Assembly: GCA_013265495.1 (NCBI GenBank)
Contig: MU058781.1
Span: forward strand, 8,351,009 to 8,415,008
Origin: Vicugna vicugna
Lineage: Eukaryota
Length of the DNA stretch: 64,000 nucleotides
Reading direction: 5' to 3'
In this document: piece after piece, positions 11,381 to 23,300 of the stretch
How the letters are laid out: each line of letters begins with the position of its first letter
How positions within the stretch are numbered: position 1 is the stretch's first letter
The notes under the pieces: model-generated
Database searches by the model: none
Seen by the model: the letters and a program-made list of their open reading frames with translations, nothing else
What the model was told of the DNA's origin: nothing
Position numbers and translations under genes: made by a program

Positions 11381-12989
11381 GTAAGTGATGTGTTATTTGT
11401 CCTGTTGCAGTGGCTTATGGAGAAAAACGCATGACAGTTGCAACGGCGGTGTCTTGGGTCCTTAAGAGGGATGTCGTAACTAATTTCTGAAGTCCTTATA
11501 GTCTCATTCCCTTCTCCTGCCTTCTGTCAGACCTTTGGGTCCTGTGAAAAAGAGCCTCTAACATCATGGCAAGAGTGTTCAAAGTAATTTAAGAAAACAA
11601 ACTTTACACCTTTGCAAAAATAGTCCGCTGGGAATTATTGGTGTCAGTTCCCAACTCCGACAGACTGCCTGGTGTGAACTTCACCTGCCACTTGTTAGTG
11701 TCCGGGGGCTTGACTCAGGACAGCCTGGAGGAGTCAACAGGAGACTTGTGGAAATACAATTAGAAGGGGACCCCTTGTCTCACAAGTATGTTCTGATTTG
11801 TTCCTTGCCCTCTGTAGAATGGACTCCTAGCCTCAAAATTACTTCTTAGAAGAAACCTAACAAGCAGTGGCAAAGGCATTCTTGTCTGTGATGCAAAGCA
11901 AGCCCCAGCTGCTCGTTTTTCCTGGATAAAACCAAACCAAAATGTAAACAAAATGCACTACCAGGTGTGTGAAGTCATGGGTGGACAATTTCATCTTAGA
12001 GGTGGCTTCTGTCACATGACGGCTGGTGCTTAAACACATCAGTTCTGTTAACCAGCCCTGCCGTGTGCCCTCCGCTCCCCCTGTTTCCTTGGGTGAGACG
12101 TCAGAGGAGGCCTCTGCTCTTCCAGGTGTGAAACAAGCATGATGATGACCTCACACGTCAGGCACATCAGCGAGGGCTGGCCTCACAGCCATGCCACCGT
12201 CCACGTCTGGGTCATTTTCCTTGCCTGCACCCGCAAGACCCACATGGAAATCTGCAGGCAGAGCTTCTGTTTCTTTCTCTGTCTTGATCACAGCCTCTTT
12301 TCCCGTTCCTGCTGCTGACACCGTCTCTCCAGTTCCACTGACTTCCATCTGGCTGCCAATTCCTCCCCACAAAGCCAGGTGGAATTACAACCCAACCTGC
12401 GCAGCTCGAACGTGGGTTACCTACCTGTCCCATACACCCTATCTGCGCTTTGATAAAATGAGACTCTTTGAACATCATAAAATGATGATTACTTTGTAGT
12501 GTTACATGTTCAAAGGTCAAAAAGAAATATAGGAGGGAGAATCTTATCCAGTTTCTTTTTTAAATTGTATGCCTCTAGTCAATCTGGTGGGATTACATAG
12601 AATTTATGTAAGAAGTAATTCTGCATCTATCACCTGCTAATCTGGACAAACAATAGGAGGAATGAGAGTGCTATAATGCAGTGAATTATCTCAGGCTTAA
12701 CATGTCCCTGCAATGACTGCTTTGTTAAATAAATGGTATCCTCAAATGCTTTAAGGATTAGAAAACCCCAGGGCTGGAGGGACAAAAATGGATCTGTCCG
12801 AGGATGCCAACCCCATCAGCCGTTTTCCTTACCTTTGCTTCTGGAGGGAATTGGACTCAATATTAATTTTGAGACTTTTTTTTTTTAAGCTAGGATCAAA
12901 TCGTTGCTCCTCAAAAAAATCTTTGAGAAGTAATCCACTTAACAACATACTATTTAGAGGCAGGGTTACCTGGTAATATTTAGAGGCTG

Positions 12990-13160
12990 AGCAATGAAGC
13001 TTTAGGCAGACACAGGTTCAAATCCCAGCACGTCTGCTCACCAGCTGTCTGAACCTGGACAGATTACGAAGCCTTGGTTTCCTCGTCTGAAAAAGAGTAA
13101 TGAGAGTGTTCCTGTGAGGTTTAAATGGCATGGTGTGCACAAAAGAGGCGTAGCATAAAT
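12990..13160 (+). mobile_element. MIR SINE
   Basis: ggttcaaatcccagc...ccttggtttcctcgtctgaaaaagagtaatg...tgtgaggtttaaatg (MIR core). Confidence 0.75.
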
Positions 13161-13359
13161 GGTGGAGTTTCTGACTTGGGACCGGCCCTGGCTCTGCAGC
13201 TTGTGAGTTCTGTGGCTTTGAGCAAATGATGAAACCAGCCTGAGCCTGAATAGTGCCGTGAAACACGCATTACAGGGCTGCTGTAGAATTAGAGGCGCCT
13301 CCACCACTGGAGTCAGCCTACTTTTTATAGAAGAGTAAGACAGTAGGAAAAAAAAACAA

Positions 13360-13562
13360 TTAAAAAGGTAAGATACTAACTATTTTAGGCTTTGCAGGGC
13401 ATATGGTCTTTGTCACAGCTCTGCGCTGGTCACACAAAATCAGCCATAGATAATGTTTATGTGAACGGGCATGGCTGTGTTCCCAGAAAAGTTTACTCAC
13501 AAAAAAACAGGTCATGAGCCAGGTTTTGTCCATAGGCCATAATCTGCCAATCCTTGCTCTAG
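13360..13562. mobile_element. MER58A-like hAT-Charlie element
   Basis: tattttaggctttgcagggcatatggtc...cagccatagataatg...gggcatggctgtgttccc...tgccaatccttgctctag. Confidence 0.8.
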
Positions 13563-13745
13563 GACATAATCGATAAATGATAAAATTCTAATAAGAAACA
13601 CAATCTTTTAAATTTACATAATTGATTATACATGAGAGATCAAGAGAAAGATTGGAAGATTCTAATCTTTCCCTAGACATCTATATGCTTGCACAGTTAC
13701 TCCATGGCAGATATCTGTACAAATTCTATGACAAAATCCTTAAAG

Positions 13746-13776
<31 letters not shown>

Positions 13777-14639
13777 TACAGTTGTAATTTCTGGGGAAAA
13801 AGAGAAATACAACAAGACAAAATAGGCAGGCCAAATCTAAAAGTTTTCATTATAGGAATCAAATAAAAAGCATTACAAAGCTGAAGGGGGGAGCAAAAAT
13901 CACAGAAGACAAATTATGTGTATTGGTGAAATTGACACCACCCCGCAAAGGCTCCAAGGCGACAAGAGTCGCCTGACACTAGCAGGGTTATACGTGATAA
14001 AGAAGAAATGTGACTACAAAATAAGAACATGCTGCAGTACAAAAAGATTTCAATGAACTTGTTAGCACCGTGACAACAAAATATTCATGAATTTGCAAAG
14101 AATAGAATTAGTGGAGCATGGATGGTGCGTGTTGGGCTGCACCCCAAAAACTTGCAAGCCTTGTAGTTGTCCAGGCTTGAGATGGAAGAAGAGCCTGGAA
14201 ACAGTGACAGAGACATCGGTGGTTTGCTGGGGATGGGGGACCTGAAGCAAAGATCCTGGAGCGACACCTGAGCATGGACAGTGACTGCACACAGGACTTG
14301 GCCGCCATCTTTGCTACTTGGGGGAGAAAGAGGCTACCATCTCCAGGGGGAATTGATGTCAGGCGGGCTTCTCGGTTACCAGGGCCTACTTAAGCCCTAT
14401 AATTGAGGAGACTGGGTCGTCAGGTGAGTGAAGCCATCTTTAATGGCCCGATCATACAGGGCACTCAGAAAGCAAAAGTCACAGCTAAATAACAGCACTT
14501 GATAAGAAGGGAAAAATTCATGGCAAAGTGCAAACAAAGAATAAGAAAATCCAATTTAAGGCTAATAGAGGAACTCAAGTAAACCCATAAGGCGATCGTG
14601 GAAACCACTGCATGCCAGACGCCACTAGCTGGCTCACAA

Positions 14640-14885
14640 CATCCACTCTTGTGAGCATGAGGGAACCGCGAGGGAGAAAGGAACACACTGAGGACGGCAG
14701 AATAGAAAAATAGAAGGAACCTGGGTGACTGATGGGCACCAGGATTGATGACATCATCCAGCTGGTAGACCAGCAGGGACTGCCTACATCCATGCTTCCT
14801 GCCGTGTGAGAAAAATAAACTATTTGATTATGCCACTAGAGTTCAGTTTCTCTCGCATGCTGTTGAATATAATCCCTAACCGAGG
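14640..14885 (+). mobile_element. Old MaLR/ERVL LTR 3' part (MLT1J/K/L-like)
   Basis: aaggaacctgggt...tgatgacatc...ctgcctacatcc...gtgagaaaaataaac...gccactagagtt...atccctaac. Confidence 0.6.
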
Positions 14886-14894
14886 TTCATGTCA

Positions 14895-15000
14895 TATATT
14901 ACCAAGTCTAGGATGCTACAGATTGTCAGATGCGCCATTATTTTATGGGCAACTTACTAAGAAAAAAATGTTGCCAGTTACGCTAACGCACAATGCCGTG
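14895..15000. mobile_element. MER104-like TcMar remnant
   Basis: tctaggatgctacagattgtcagatgcgccattattttatg...actaagaaaaaaatgttgcc. Confidence 0.5.
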
Positions 15001-15779
15001 ATAGTCCTATTAGGTATGTGAATCGGCCGCATCTGTCTCTCTTACTGTGCGGCTTCTTTCATTAATGCTGAAAGGTTTTCCAGTTTCCCCTGCTATGCAT
15101 TTCATTGTAGACGGATAAGCAACCCTCTTACACGTATCTCAGCAACCAGACCAGATCTACCTATGGGGATCTTTCTTTCTTGGGTCCCACGAAGCACTCG
15201 GTTGTTGCCCCCCAAGGCCACTGTGTGTGGTGGTGTGGTCTTGCTTTGCACAAGTGCGCCTGACCAAGAGGGGCAAATGAGGGCTGAAATCCAGCCTAGA
15301 CTCATATTCTGGCACCAAAGAGGAGAGAGACCTTTTGCAACTCATCTTTTTCTGATCTGTACGAAAGTGCAGTGTGCAGTAGTTGTAGCCCTGGCACTGG
15401 GGATCTGGTGGAGGAAAGGAGAGATGTGGGTCCTGGTTTTATAGTTCTTGAAATCTTGTGAGGAAGAAAAACAGCAAACAATGAAGGGTGATGATGGGTG
15501 AGACGGAGGATACTGAGGCGCTGGGAGCACAAGACAAGGGTGCAGGGTTGGGTGGGGTTCAGGAGAGGCTGAAGCCTGAGTGCCGAGTGGGAGTTCGCTG
15601 GGTGAAGGGAGAGGGGTGGGGAGGAAGAGCATGATGGGAAGAGGGAACCATACGTGTGATGGCTGGGAGGCATGAAAGGGACATGTTCCACCGAGGCAAG
15701 AGTGCCTTTGTGAGAAGAATGTGGAAAGGGAGATTTAAAATGATTTTAAAAATATTATGTTAATAGACTGAGGGCAAAT

Positions 15780-16240
15780 AAAGTGTGGTCATGTGGGCTC
15801 TGATAAGGATCTTAGAGTCCACCCTGCGGGAAAGGGAGACCTACAACAGTATAGGGCTTTAAGCAGGATGATGACATGATCAGATTTGTGTTTCAGAAGA
15901 TACGGTGGCTACAGTGTGGATTGGAGAGTTGGCAATCTATTGCATGGTCCAGGCATGACATAACGGTGGTGTGGACAGAATTGGTAGCAGGAAAGATGGA
16001 GAAAAGTAAATGGATTCGAGAAATGTTTAGAAGGTACAACTGACAACGTTAGTTTGGCTTCTGAGAAGTGGAAAGACTGGGGTGAAAAGAGAGGGATACC
16101 AGTCTGGGAGGAGATAAGGAGTGGACAGAGGGTCACGTCATCTCCTGAACTAGGGAAGAGGAGCAGGTCTGATTCAGGGACAGGATGCTTCCATTGTGCA
16201 CCTGTAGTGTTTCACGGACCCATGAGATGTCCAGTGGAGA
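15780..16240 (-). mobile_element. L2 LINE fragment
   Basis: tttaagcaggatgatgacatgatcagatttgtgtttcagaagat...gatggagaaaagtaaatggattcgaga...gagatgtccagtggaga. Confidence 0.75.
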
Positions 16241-16699
16241 GAGCTCTTCCCTGCTCCTCAGCTGTCCACCTCCTGCCTTGCTCCTCCAGTCTGCTTCCCT
16301 CCCCTTCCTTATTCTCTTTCTCTCCTGAGTTTAAGGTCTTCCAACCTCAGGTCTTCAATTCCCATCAGAGGAAACAAATAAAAACAAAAACATATTTATG
16401 AGGATTAATAATGTAACTCTCTCTAGAGAAGATATTTAACAATGTAGTATCTGAAGCATCTGTTTCAGTTAGATGATGTCCACTGGTCTAGAAGTCCCCA
16501 CAGTGATGGTTAGGTATTCATTTTATATCTGCTGATTAAAAGTGGTCCCCAATGGGCTCGCTCTCAGAAGACAGCAAGAAAATCACTGAAAGATGAGTTC
16601 TAACTTCTTTCCTTAGAGCCCTCAAGGGTTCCACCTACTCTGGTAGATGAGACACATCATATTTACATTAGATCCCGGACTTTTACGTGGTATTTAGTT

Positions 16700-17120
16700 G
16701 TGGAACACTTTCATCTAAAGACAGGTTCCCTAGAAATAGAAGCCAAGATGGAGAGTCTTGTGCGAGGGATTTGTGGAGCAAGTGCTCCTGGCGAAGAGGA
16801 GTAGGGGAGGCAGGAGAGGGCAGGATGGGAGAGCTGGATGTGGTCTCAGCTGGAGCCCAGCTTCAGCCTGGTCCCCAGGGAGCCCAGGGGCCAATCTACC
16901 CTACAGAGTCAATCACCCGCTAGGCAGGGGTTGGCCTTTTGTATCCCATCAGTTGGTCACTGGCTGAGGGCAGCTGAATGGGGTTGTAACCTCCAGGCAA
17001 CCCCAGGCTGAAGGCAATTCTTTGGACAAGGGGGCAGGGGTGGGTCATAGGCAACCAATGTTCACAACAGCTGGGGGATGGGTGCATCAGACCTGGGAGA
17101 GACAATCTAGACCGGGAACT
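16700..17120 (-). mobile_element. LTR16-like ERVL LTR
   Basis: caggttccctagaa...agatggaga...ggccttttgtatccc...gctgaaggcaattc...cagctgggggatg matches antisense LTR16 layout. Confidence 0.65.
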
Positions 17121-17402
17121 GATGGCTTTCTTCAAACAAAATCTTACCCAGAAGCCTAATAGATATAAAGGAAAACACACGTCCACACCCAAACACTCAC
17201 TGTTGGTGCGTGGCACCTTCACAGAAAACCTTTGACTCTTTGTCACCCCCCAGAAGGCTGTCTCACTGCTTGATTTTAAAGTGAAATAAAGTCCAGCAAT
17301 TCTAACTAAATCGTCGCCCTTCACCTCCTCCCTCCTGAGCGCCCTCTCCTAGTGCTGGAGTGGGTTTTTCTGACGTCCCTTCCTGACTTACGGGAGTTAC
17401 TT

Positions 17403-17572
17403 CCAGCGGTCTTCTCAAATGTCGGTGTGACTATAAGTCACCTGGGGACGCTACTAAAAGTGCAGGTTCTGATCCAGTCGCGCTAGAACGGGGCCCGACA
17501 GCCTGCGCGTCTCGCCAGCGCTCAGGCGACGCCGCCCTGGCCGGCCAGTGACCACTCTTTCAGAAGCAAGGC
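17403..17572. mobile_element. MER5-family hAT element, unusually CpG-rich
   Basis: cagcggtcttctcaaa...gtcacctgggga...tgcaggttctgatccagt...ggggcccgacagcctgc...gaccactcttt...gcaagg. Confidence 0.75.
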
Positions 17573-18079
17573 TGATCAGTTCTCTTTCACTGGATCATGT
17601 TTGCTTGACCCACTTCACTTCCCGGGGGTAATAATAGCAGAGAGGAGGCAAGGGAAGAAAACAGGTGAGCAATGGAGAAACGTGTCAGGAGGCGCTCCAC
17701 AAATATTATCTCAGTCACACCAACCACCACCCTTTTCTCCTCTCCCACGGGAATCCCACTCTTTCTGAGTGTCCTTATACGCTGTACAAATTTCAGCCAT
17801 TGCTCCTGTGTTTGATTATATGTGTTTCTCCCTCACTATACCAGAAGTTTCTTGAAAGTATGCGATTCCCACACTGGTGCCTATGGCCCCACAGATGTTT
17901 TGTTTTATCATCACAGTGTTTGTAAAATGTATGAATCGGTTGCCAAAGGCAAAGCACTGATTCTCAACCCCAACTGCATGTTAAAATCACCCCCAAAACT
18001 CTAAAAATATGTCAGCACCTGAGTCCGACCCTCTGAGTGATTTTGCCTTAATTTAGTACAAATACATCAGTGCTTGTTT

Positions 18080-18498
18080 TTAATAAACATTTTATTCTAG
18101 AACATTCTGAGACCTTGAGGATTACTGCAACCATTCAGTACCGAGTGTTTTCTATAGCCCACACCCAGTTTGGCCTCTTATTAACAACATCTTACATTAC
18201 TATGGTTCATTTGTGCCAACTGATGAAACATCCTCATACATTATTTTCAACTAATGTCATACTTTATTCAGACTTCCTTGGTTTCTCCCTAATGATTCTC
18301 TTCTGTTTCAGGAGCCCATCCAGGACACCACGTTCAGTTTAGTCATCATGTCTCTTTAGGCTCCTCTTGGTCATCAGTTTCTCATACTTCTCTTGGTTTT
18401 GCTAACCTTGACAGACCTGAGGAGCACAGGTCAGGTATCGGTAGAATGTTCCTCGCTTGGGATTTGTTCGATGTTTTTCTCATGGTTAGACTGGAGTA
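18080..18498 (-). mobile_element. L1MC-like 3' end
   Basis: taacaacatcttacattactatgg...ccatccaggacaccacgttcagtttagtcatcatgtctc...tttctcatggttagactgg. Confidence 0.8.
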
Positions 18499-18514
18499 GA
18501 CATTAGTATTTTTA

Positions 18515-19108
18515 AAATTAATTAATTAATTAATTTTTACTGAAGTATAGTTGATTTAAAATGTTGCATTAGTTTCAGGTATACATATACACATTTTTTT
18601 CCAGATTCTTTTCCATTATAGGTTATTACAAGATATTGAATATTTCCCTGTGCTAGACAGTAGGTCCTTGTTGTTTATCTATTTTATATATAGTAGTTAA
18701 TTCCAAACTCCTCTTTTATTCCTCTCTCCTCCTTCCTTTCCCCATTGGTAACCATAATTTTTTTTTCTTTGTGAGTCTGTTTCTGTTTTGTAAATAAGTT
18801 GATTTGTATCATTTTTTTAGATTCCACACATAAGCGATATCATATGACATTCGTCTTTGTTTGATTTACTTCACTTAATAGAATAATCTCTAGGTCCATC
18901 CTTGTTGCTACAAATGGCATTATTTTATTCCTTTTTATGGCTGAGTAGTATTCCATTGTATATATATTTATACCACAACTTCTTTATCCAGTCATCTGCC
19001 AGCGGACACTTAGGCTTCTTCCAATGTCTTGACTGTTGTAAATAGTGCTGCTGTGAATGGGGTGCAGGTACCTTTTCAGATAGACTTTTCATCTTTTCCA
19101 GGCATACA
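18515..19108 (-). mobile_element. Younger cetartiodactyl/camelid L1 3' end
   Basis: tactgaagtatagttgattta...ttccattataggttattacaagatattgaat...ttagattccacacataag...ttttatggctgagtagtattccattg. Confidence 0.9.
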
Positions 19109-19534
19109 GGCATTAGAATTTTTTAATAATCCCTTGGTTATTCTAATGTCCAACTAGTGTCAAAAAAATCATTGACTTTAAGAATGTGGAAGTTTCACAT
19201 GAAAGTTCAGGTCTGGCTTTTCCTGACATGTGGGGAGATCTGACAACACTGGGACTGCAGTCCTTCAAGGAAACCCGATTGACAATTAAACGTGGTGGTG
19301 GGCTCCCTCCAATTCTCCTCAAATCACTTTGCTATTGGTCTCATCTCCTCACCTCCAATGGGAGACATTCACTTATCCTTTTATGCACAACACCTATGGT
19401 GGTACCTGATGCAATGCACACACTTGATAAATGTCTATTAAGTAAATAAATGGATGAATGAGTTTCTAAAGGGAAGAACCTATAGTTTCTGAAAATGGCA
19501 AATCTGTGTGTTACATGATCTGATTAAAAGATCA

Positions 19535-19960
19535 GGGCAAAGGTGGCCGATTGATTTACTCAACATTCGCTCTAACCTACTTTCTATATGATGGAGACTC
19601 AAAACTTAAAACTACATTTTCTAGACCCCCACACAGCTAGGTTTCCTCCAGGGAGGATAGTCCTGACAAACTCAGTTTGCCAAACTTGGAAGGAAGAATG
19701 AAGCCACGTAAGAAGGAGCACAGGGAGAGGGTTGTTTCTGGCAAGCACTGTGGTGGAGACATTTGGTTATTCGGAGGCCAGCAGACCCGCCTGGGGCCTG
19801 GAAGCGGCAGCCAACTGAGCAGGCAGGCCAGCCCCGCAGTGTGGCTCCGGGAGTCGTTGCTGAAGGACAGCCTCCTCAGTCTGGTCTTGCATCTTCCCAA
19901 CAATTTCTCCATAAATTTACAGGATGGATTCTGTTATGCATTTATCCATCGGGAGGGGTA
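19535..19960 (+). mobile_element. ERVL LTR (LTR50/LTR16-like)
   Basis: aaaactacattttctagaccccc...cagctagg...ggattctgttatgca. Confidence 0.45.
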
Positions 19961-20059
19961 GAATAATTGGTCAGAAACTGCACATTGCCTACTCTGTATC
20001 CGTTCTCTTCTTCACTAACTTCTATATTTGGGAGCTGTAAATATGTCAGGCTTTAAAAG

Positions 20060-20950
20060 CATATGCTGTGTTTCCATATCCCCTTGCGGAAGAAATGGCC
20101 GGGGAGATGGGACGGAAGGCTTCGGACAGAGCTTCTGGGCAAGGTCCACAGGCAGACCTCAGAGAAACTGCAGCTTTGGTTCCAGACTGCCACAGCAAAG
20201 CGAGTAGCACAGTAAAGCAGGTCACGTGAATTTCCTGGTTTTCCAGTGCATCTAAAAGTTATGTTTACACTCTACGGTAGTCCACTAAGTGTGCAATAGC
20301 TTTATGTCTGAAAAAAGCACATACCTTAATTAAAACATGCTTTATTGCTGAAAAATGCTAACCATCACTGAGGCTTCAGCAAGTTGGAATCTTTCTGCAG
20401 TAGTCACATCAGAGATCACTGATCACGGATCAGCATAACCAGTATCATTACAATGAACAAATGTGAAATCTTGCGAGAATTACCAACGTGCGACACGGAA
20501 TGAGACAGGAAGTGAGCAAATGCTGTTGGAAAAAGGCACCAACAGGCTTGCTCGATGCAGGGTTGTTACAAACCTTCGATTTGTTAGAAAAGTAAAAATA
20601 AAAAAGCAGTATCTGCCAAGGGCAATGAGGAGAAGCAGAGTAAAGCGAGGTGTGCCTGGACTCGGCTGGCAAGCACCCCTTTGTCCTCAGACCATCCTCC
20701 AACCCGGATGAGATGGTTTTAGCACCAACTCTGGTGAAGATGGGAGCCATGTGCTAAGGATGGCAGAGAAGAAAGCCAAGAGGAGGCCAGATCTTGACGA
20801 CACTGTGGTGCCATCGCACCAGCCCTTGGCTGCCTGCCTCCAGCCTCCTCGTTTTGTGAGAGAGAAATTTATCTTGCTCAAGCTACTACTATTGGGGGGT
20901 GGGGGGATGGGTCTCAGTTCCTAAGCATTTAAAGCAGTTCCTTCATGATA
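20060..20950 (+). mobile_element. LTR33-like ERVL LTR interrupted by a Tigger
   Basis: gagccatgtgctaaggatggcagag...accagcccttggctgcctgcctcc...gtgagagagaaa...tgatata. Confidence 0.6.
20149..20658 (+). mobile_element. Tigger1 internal-deletion derivative (Tigger1a-like)
   Basis: TIRs caggcagacctc ... gaggtgtgcctg; internal ccagtgcatctaaaagttatgtttacac and ttgcgagaattacc. Confidence 0.9.
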
Positions 20951-21809
20951 TAAATATAATGTAACAAAATATCCAGCTGGAGATGAAACTTTTTGAGTGC
21001 TTTTGGCTCCAGAGAGGTGTAGGAGGACATCAACTCGGCCTTTTCGCCTGCCCCGTCTAATCTCCTTCGAGCTGTCAAAAGGCTCTCCTCCCGTCTCCAG
21101 AGCCAAGTTTAAGGTCTGGGTGTCTATCTGGGAAGTCAAGGCTGAGAGGGTGAAAGATTGCCCTGTTGTCTGGCAACATGATTTTTTATCAGCCCTTTCA
21201 TGTTTTCACAAATCCAGACAGAGCCCTAGGGAGAGACTGACAAGGGAAAGTGGTCAGCACTCTGGATTCATGTATGTATATAGCGCTTCCTAAATATTCA
21301 TCGTATGTTGACTGTATACCAGGCACGGTCAAGGCATCAAGTCCCAGCAGTGAGTAAAAGATCCAGTCTCTGCCCTCAAGGAGCGTGCACTTGCGGTGGG
21401 TGGCATGGTGTGAGGCTCTGCAAAGAAGCCGAGCTGTGTTACAGAGTCAGCTGCGTGGAGGTGACTGTGCAGGTGAAGATGGAGAAGAAATCAGCCTCCC
21501 ATCTCCGCCAGTGCCGGCTCTGCAGCCTGGAACAGAGCCCCTCGCACTTTTAGGGAGGGCTTCTCTCCCAGGCCAGCTGTCACTCTGTAATCTGCCCTCC
21601 CCACTGTGATCCCAGCTGGACACGGCTCACCAGTTTCTCTGTTACTTTGTAAATTATGGTTGGGAACTCTAGCCCTCATGATCTGGGAATGGGAGTGAGT
21701 TAGCTGGGTCCACTGAGCTTGGAGAAGGGGAAGTAGAGGTCTGGTTAGACATTTATTAACTCTTGCTTCTTAGAGACAGAATTCACATAGATTATACACA
21801 CTGATTATT

Positions 21810-22030
21810 ACCATTTACTTTATAATGATTCTGAACCTGACATGCCATGTGCAAGGCACTTGATCTTATTCAGACATCACAGAAACTTGGGGGTGATGTA
21901 CTATTATCTTCATTTCACAAATGAGATCAATGCTCAGAGAAGCTAATTATCTTGATTGGATGCAGCAAGAAATCAAAATGGATCCATCTGACTCTAAGGT
22001 CACATTCTTTCCACTTCACTATTCTGCCTC
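21810..22030 (-). mobile_element. MIR SINE
   Basis: tactattatcttcatttcacaaatgag...gctcagagaagctaattatcttg...tctgactctaa. Confidence 0.7.
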
Positions 22031-22757
22031 TTCCATGCCAGCCTGCAACTCAAGACCTTGGATCCTAGAGAATATTGCCAGTCTGAGTTTTGCCAAGCAG
22101 ACCTTACGAATTCAAAACATAGCCACAGTAGCCACAGCAATCAAAAGTTCCACAGGGAACGTTTGAAGGCTGAAGCAGGACGTCCAGCAAGCACAAGAGC
22201 CACATGAATCCAGGAATTTAGAGTTTTTCAGTAATTCTCTTTCTCAAAAGAATATCCAGCCATAAGAAATATTTGACAGTGCAGTAAGTTCCTTTTTTTT
22301 TGTAATTTACATGACCTGTGCTTGCTGTGGATGGGGGGGAAGGCCAATCACTGCTTCCCTAAAGAGAGAAAAATATTTTCTCTTGTCCTTTTCACCTGCT
22401 CAGTCTTTGACTAAGACTGTAGGGTCTTCAGCCATACCCACCAGTTAATGAAAATGCACAGTTGAGAGAAGAGAAGAAATTGGAGAGGAAAAGGAGTTGC
22501 CAGAAATTTTTTCCAGACCACTGGATCCTCCAAGAACTAATTAGCTTGAAGCATGCAGGAAGAGAGATTGTATGTCTTATGGTCAGTAGGAGTGTAGGTT
22601 AGTCACCAACTGTTACCCTCTCAGGCTGAGGAAACTTACTCCCCCAGAAACTTACTCCGCTCTTCCCTGCTCACACTAGGATCGTATGTCTATATTTGTA
22701 CTTAACCACACGTCTCCTGCCAAAGTAGCAGGCATGATGTCTTTTCATTTATGACTC

Positions 22758-23300
22758 TGTGTCAAAACTCTGAAGTGTTGGTGGCCAAGGACATAAAAAT
22801 TAAATCAAACTGGCTTAAGCCAAAAGGGTGGGGTACTGAAAAAAAAAAAAAAAGGAAATCTATCGGCTCATAAAATTGAAAAGTTCAAGGCTAGTGCCAG
22901 ACTGATAAATCCTGGATTCAGAGGCTCAAATAGCATCTTCAGAATCCCAGTTTTCTCCGTCTAAGTTCTCCCTCCCACGGTGTGGGTTAGGTGCTATGTA
23001 GTGGCTCCTGGTGACTTCATTCTTACGGTTATAAGATATCTTCCTGGTGCTTCCCTCTTAAATTCTGGGTTCATTCTGATTGGAGGGACCTGAGTGACTC
23101 AGCCACTTCTGAGCCAATTACTAGCTACTGGAATTCAGTGTGGTGACTGGCCAGCCCTGAGGCACATGCTTCAGCTTGGAAGCTGTGGGTGGAGACCCTG
23201 TACACCACGTGGACTGCGCAAGGATGGGTAGGAGTGGTTCCCTAAAAGAAACCTATGGAGTTATTACTGGAAGAAAAGGTGGAATGGATAGTAAGTGACT
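22758..23300 (-). mobile_element. MLT1K/L-like MaLR LTR
   Basis: tcaaactggcttaagc...ggctcataaaattgaaaagttca...tgagccaatta...gactggccagccctgaggcacatgc. Confidence 0.6.

Larger units (their letters stand above)
17955..19180. mobile_element. MER5B-like element split by two nested L1 insertions
   Basis: Left part gattctcaacccc...aaaatcacc (17955-18070); right part cattagaattttttaa...ggttattctaatgtcc (19110-19180). Confidence 0.55.

Noticed and set aside
12826..12850. Minus-strand ttccctccAG-AAGCAAAG-GTAAGG 8-nt microexon-like pattern
   Set aside because: Not a multiple of 3, with no clear branch point or extended pyrimidine tract
13957..13974. Hairpin aggcgac-aaga-gtcgcct
   Set aside because: A 7-bp stem only, with no supporting context
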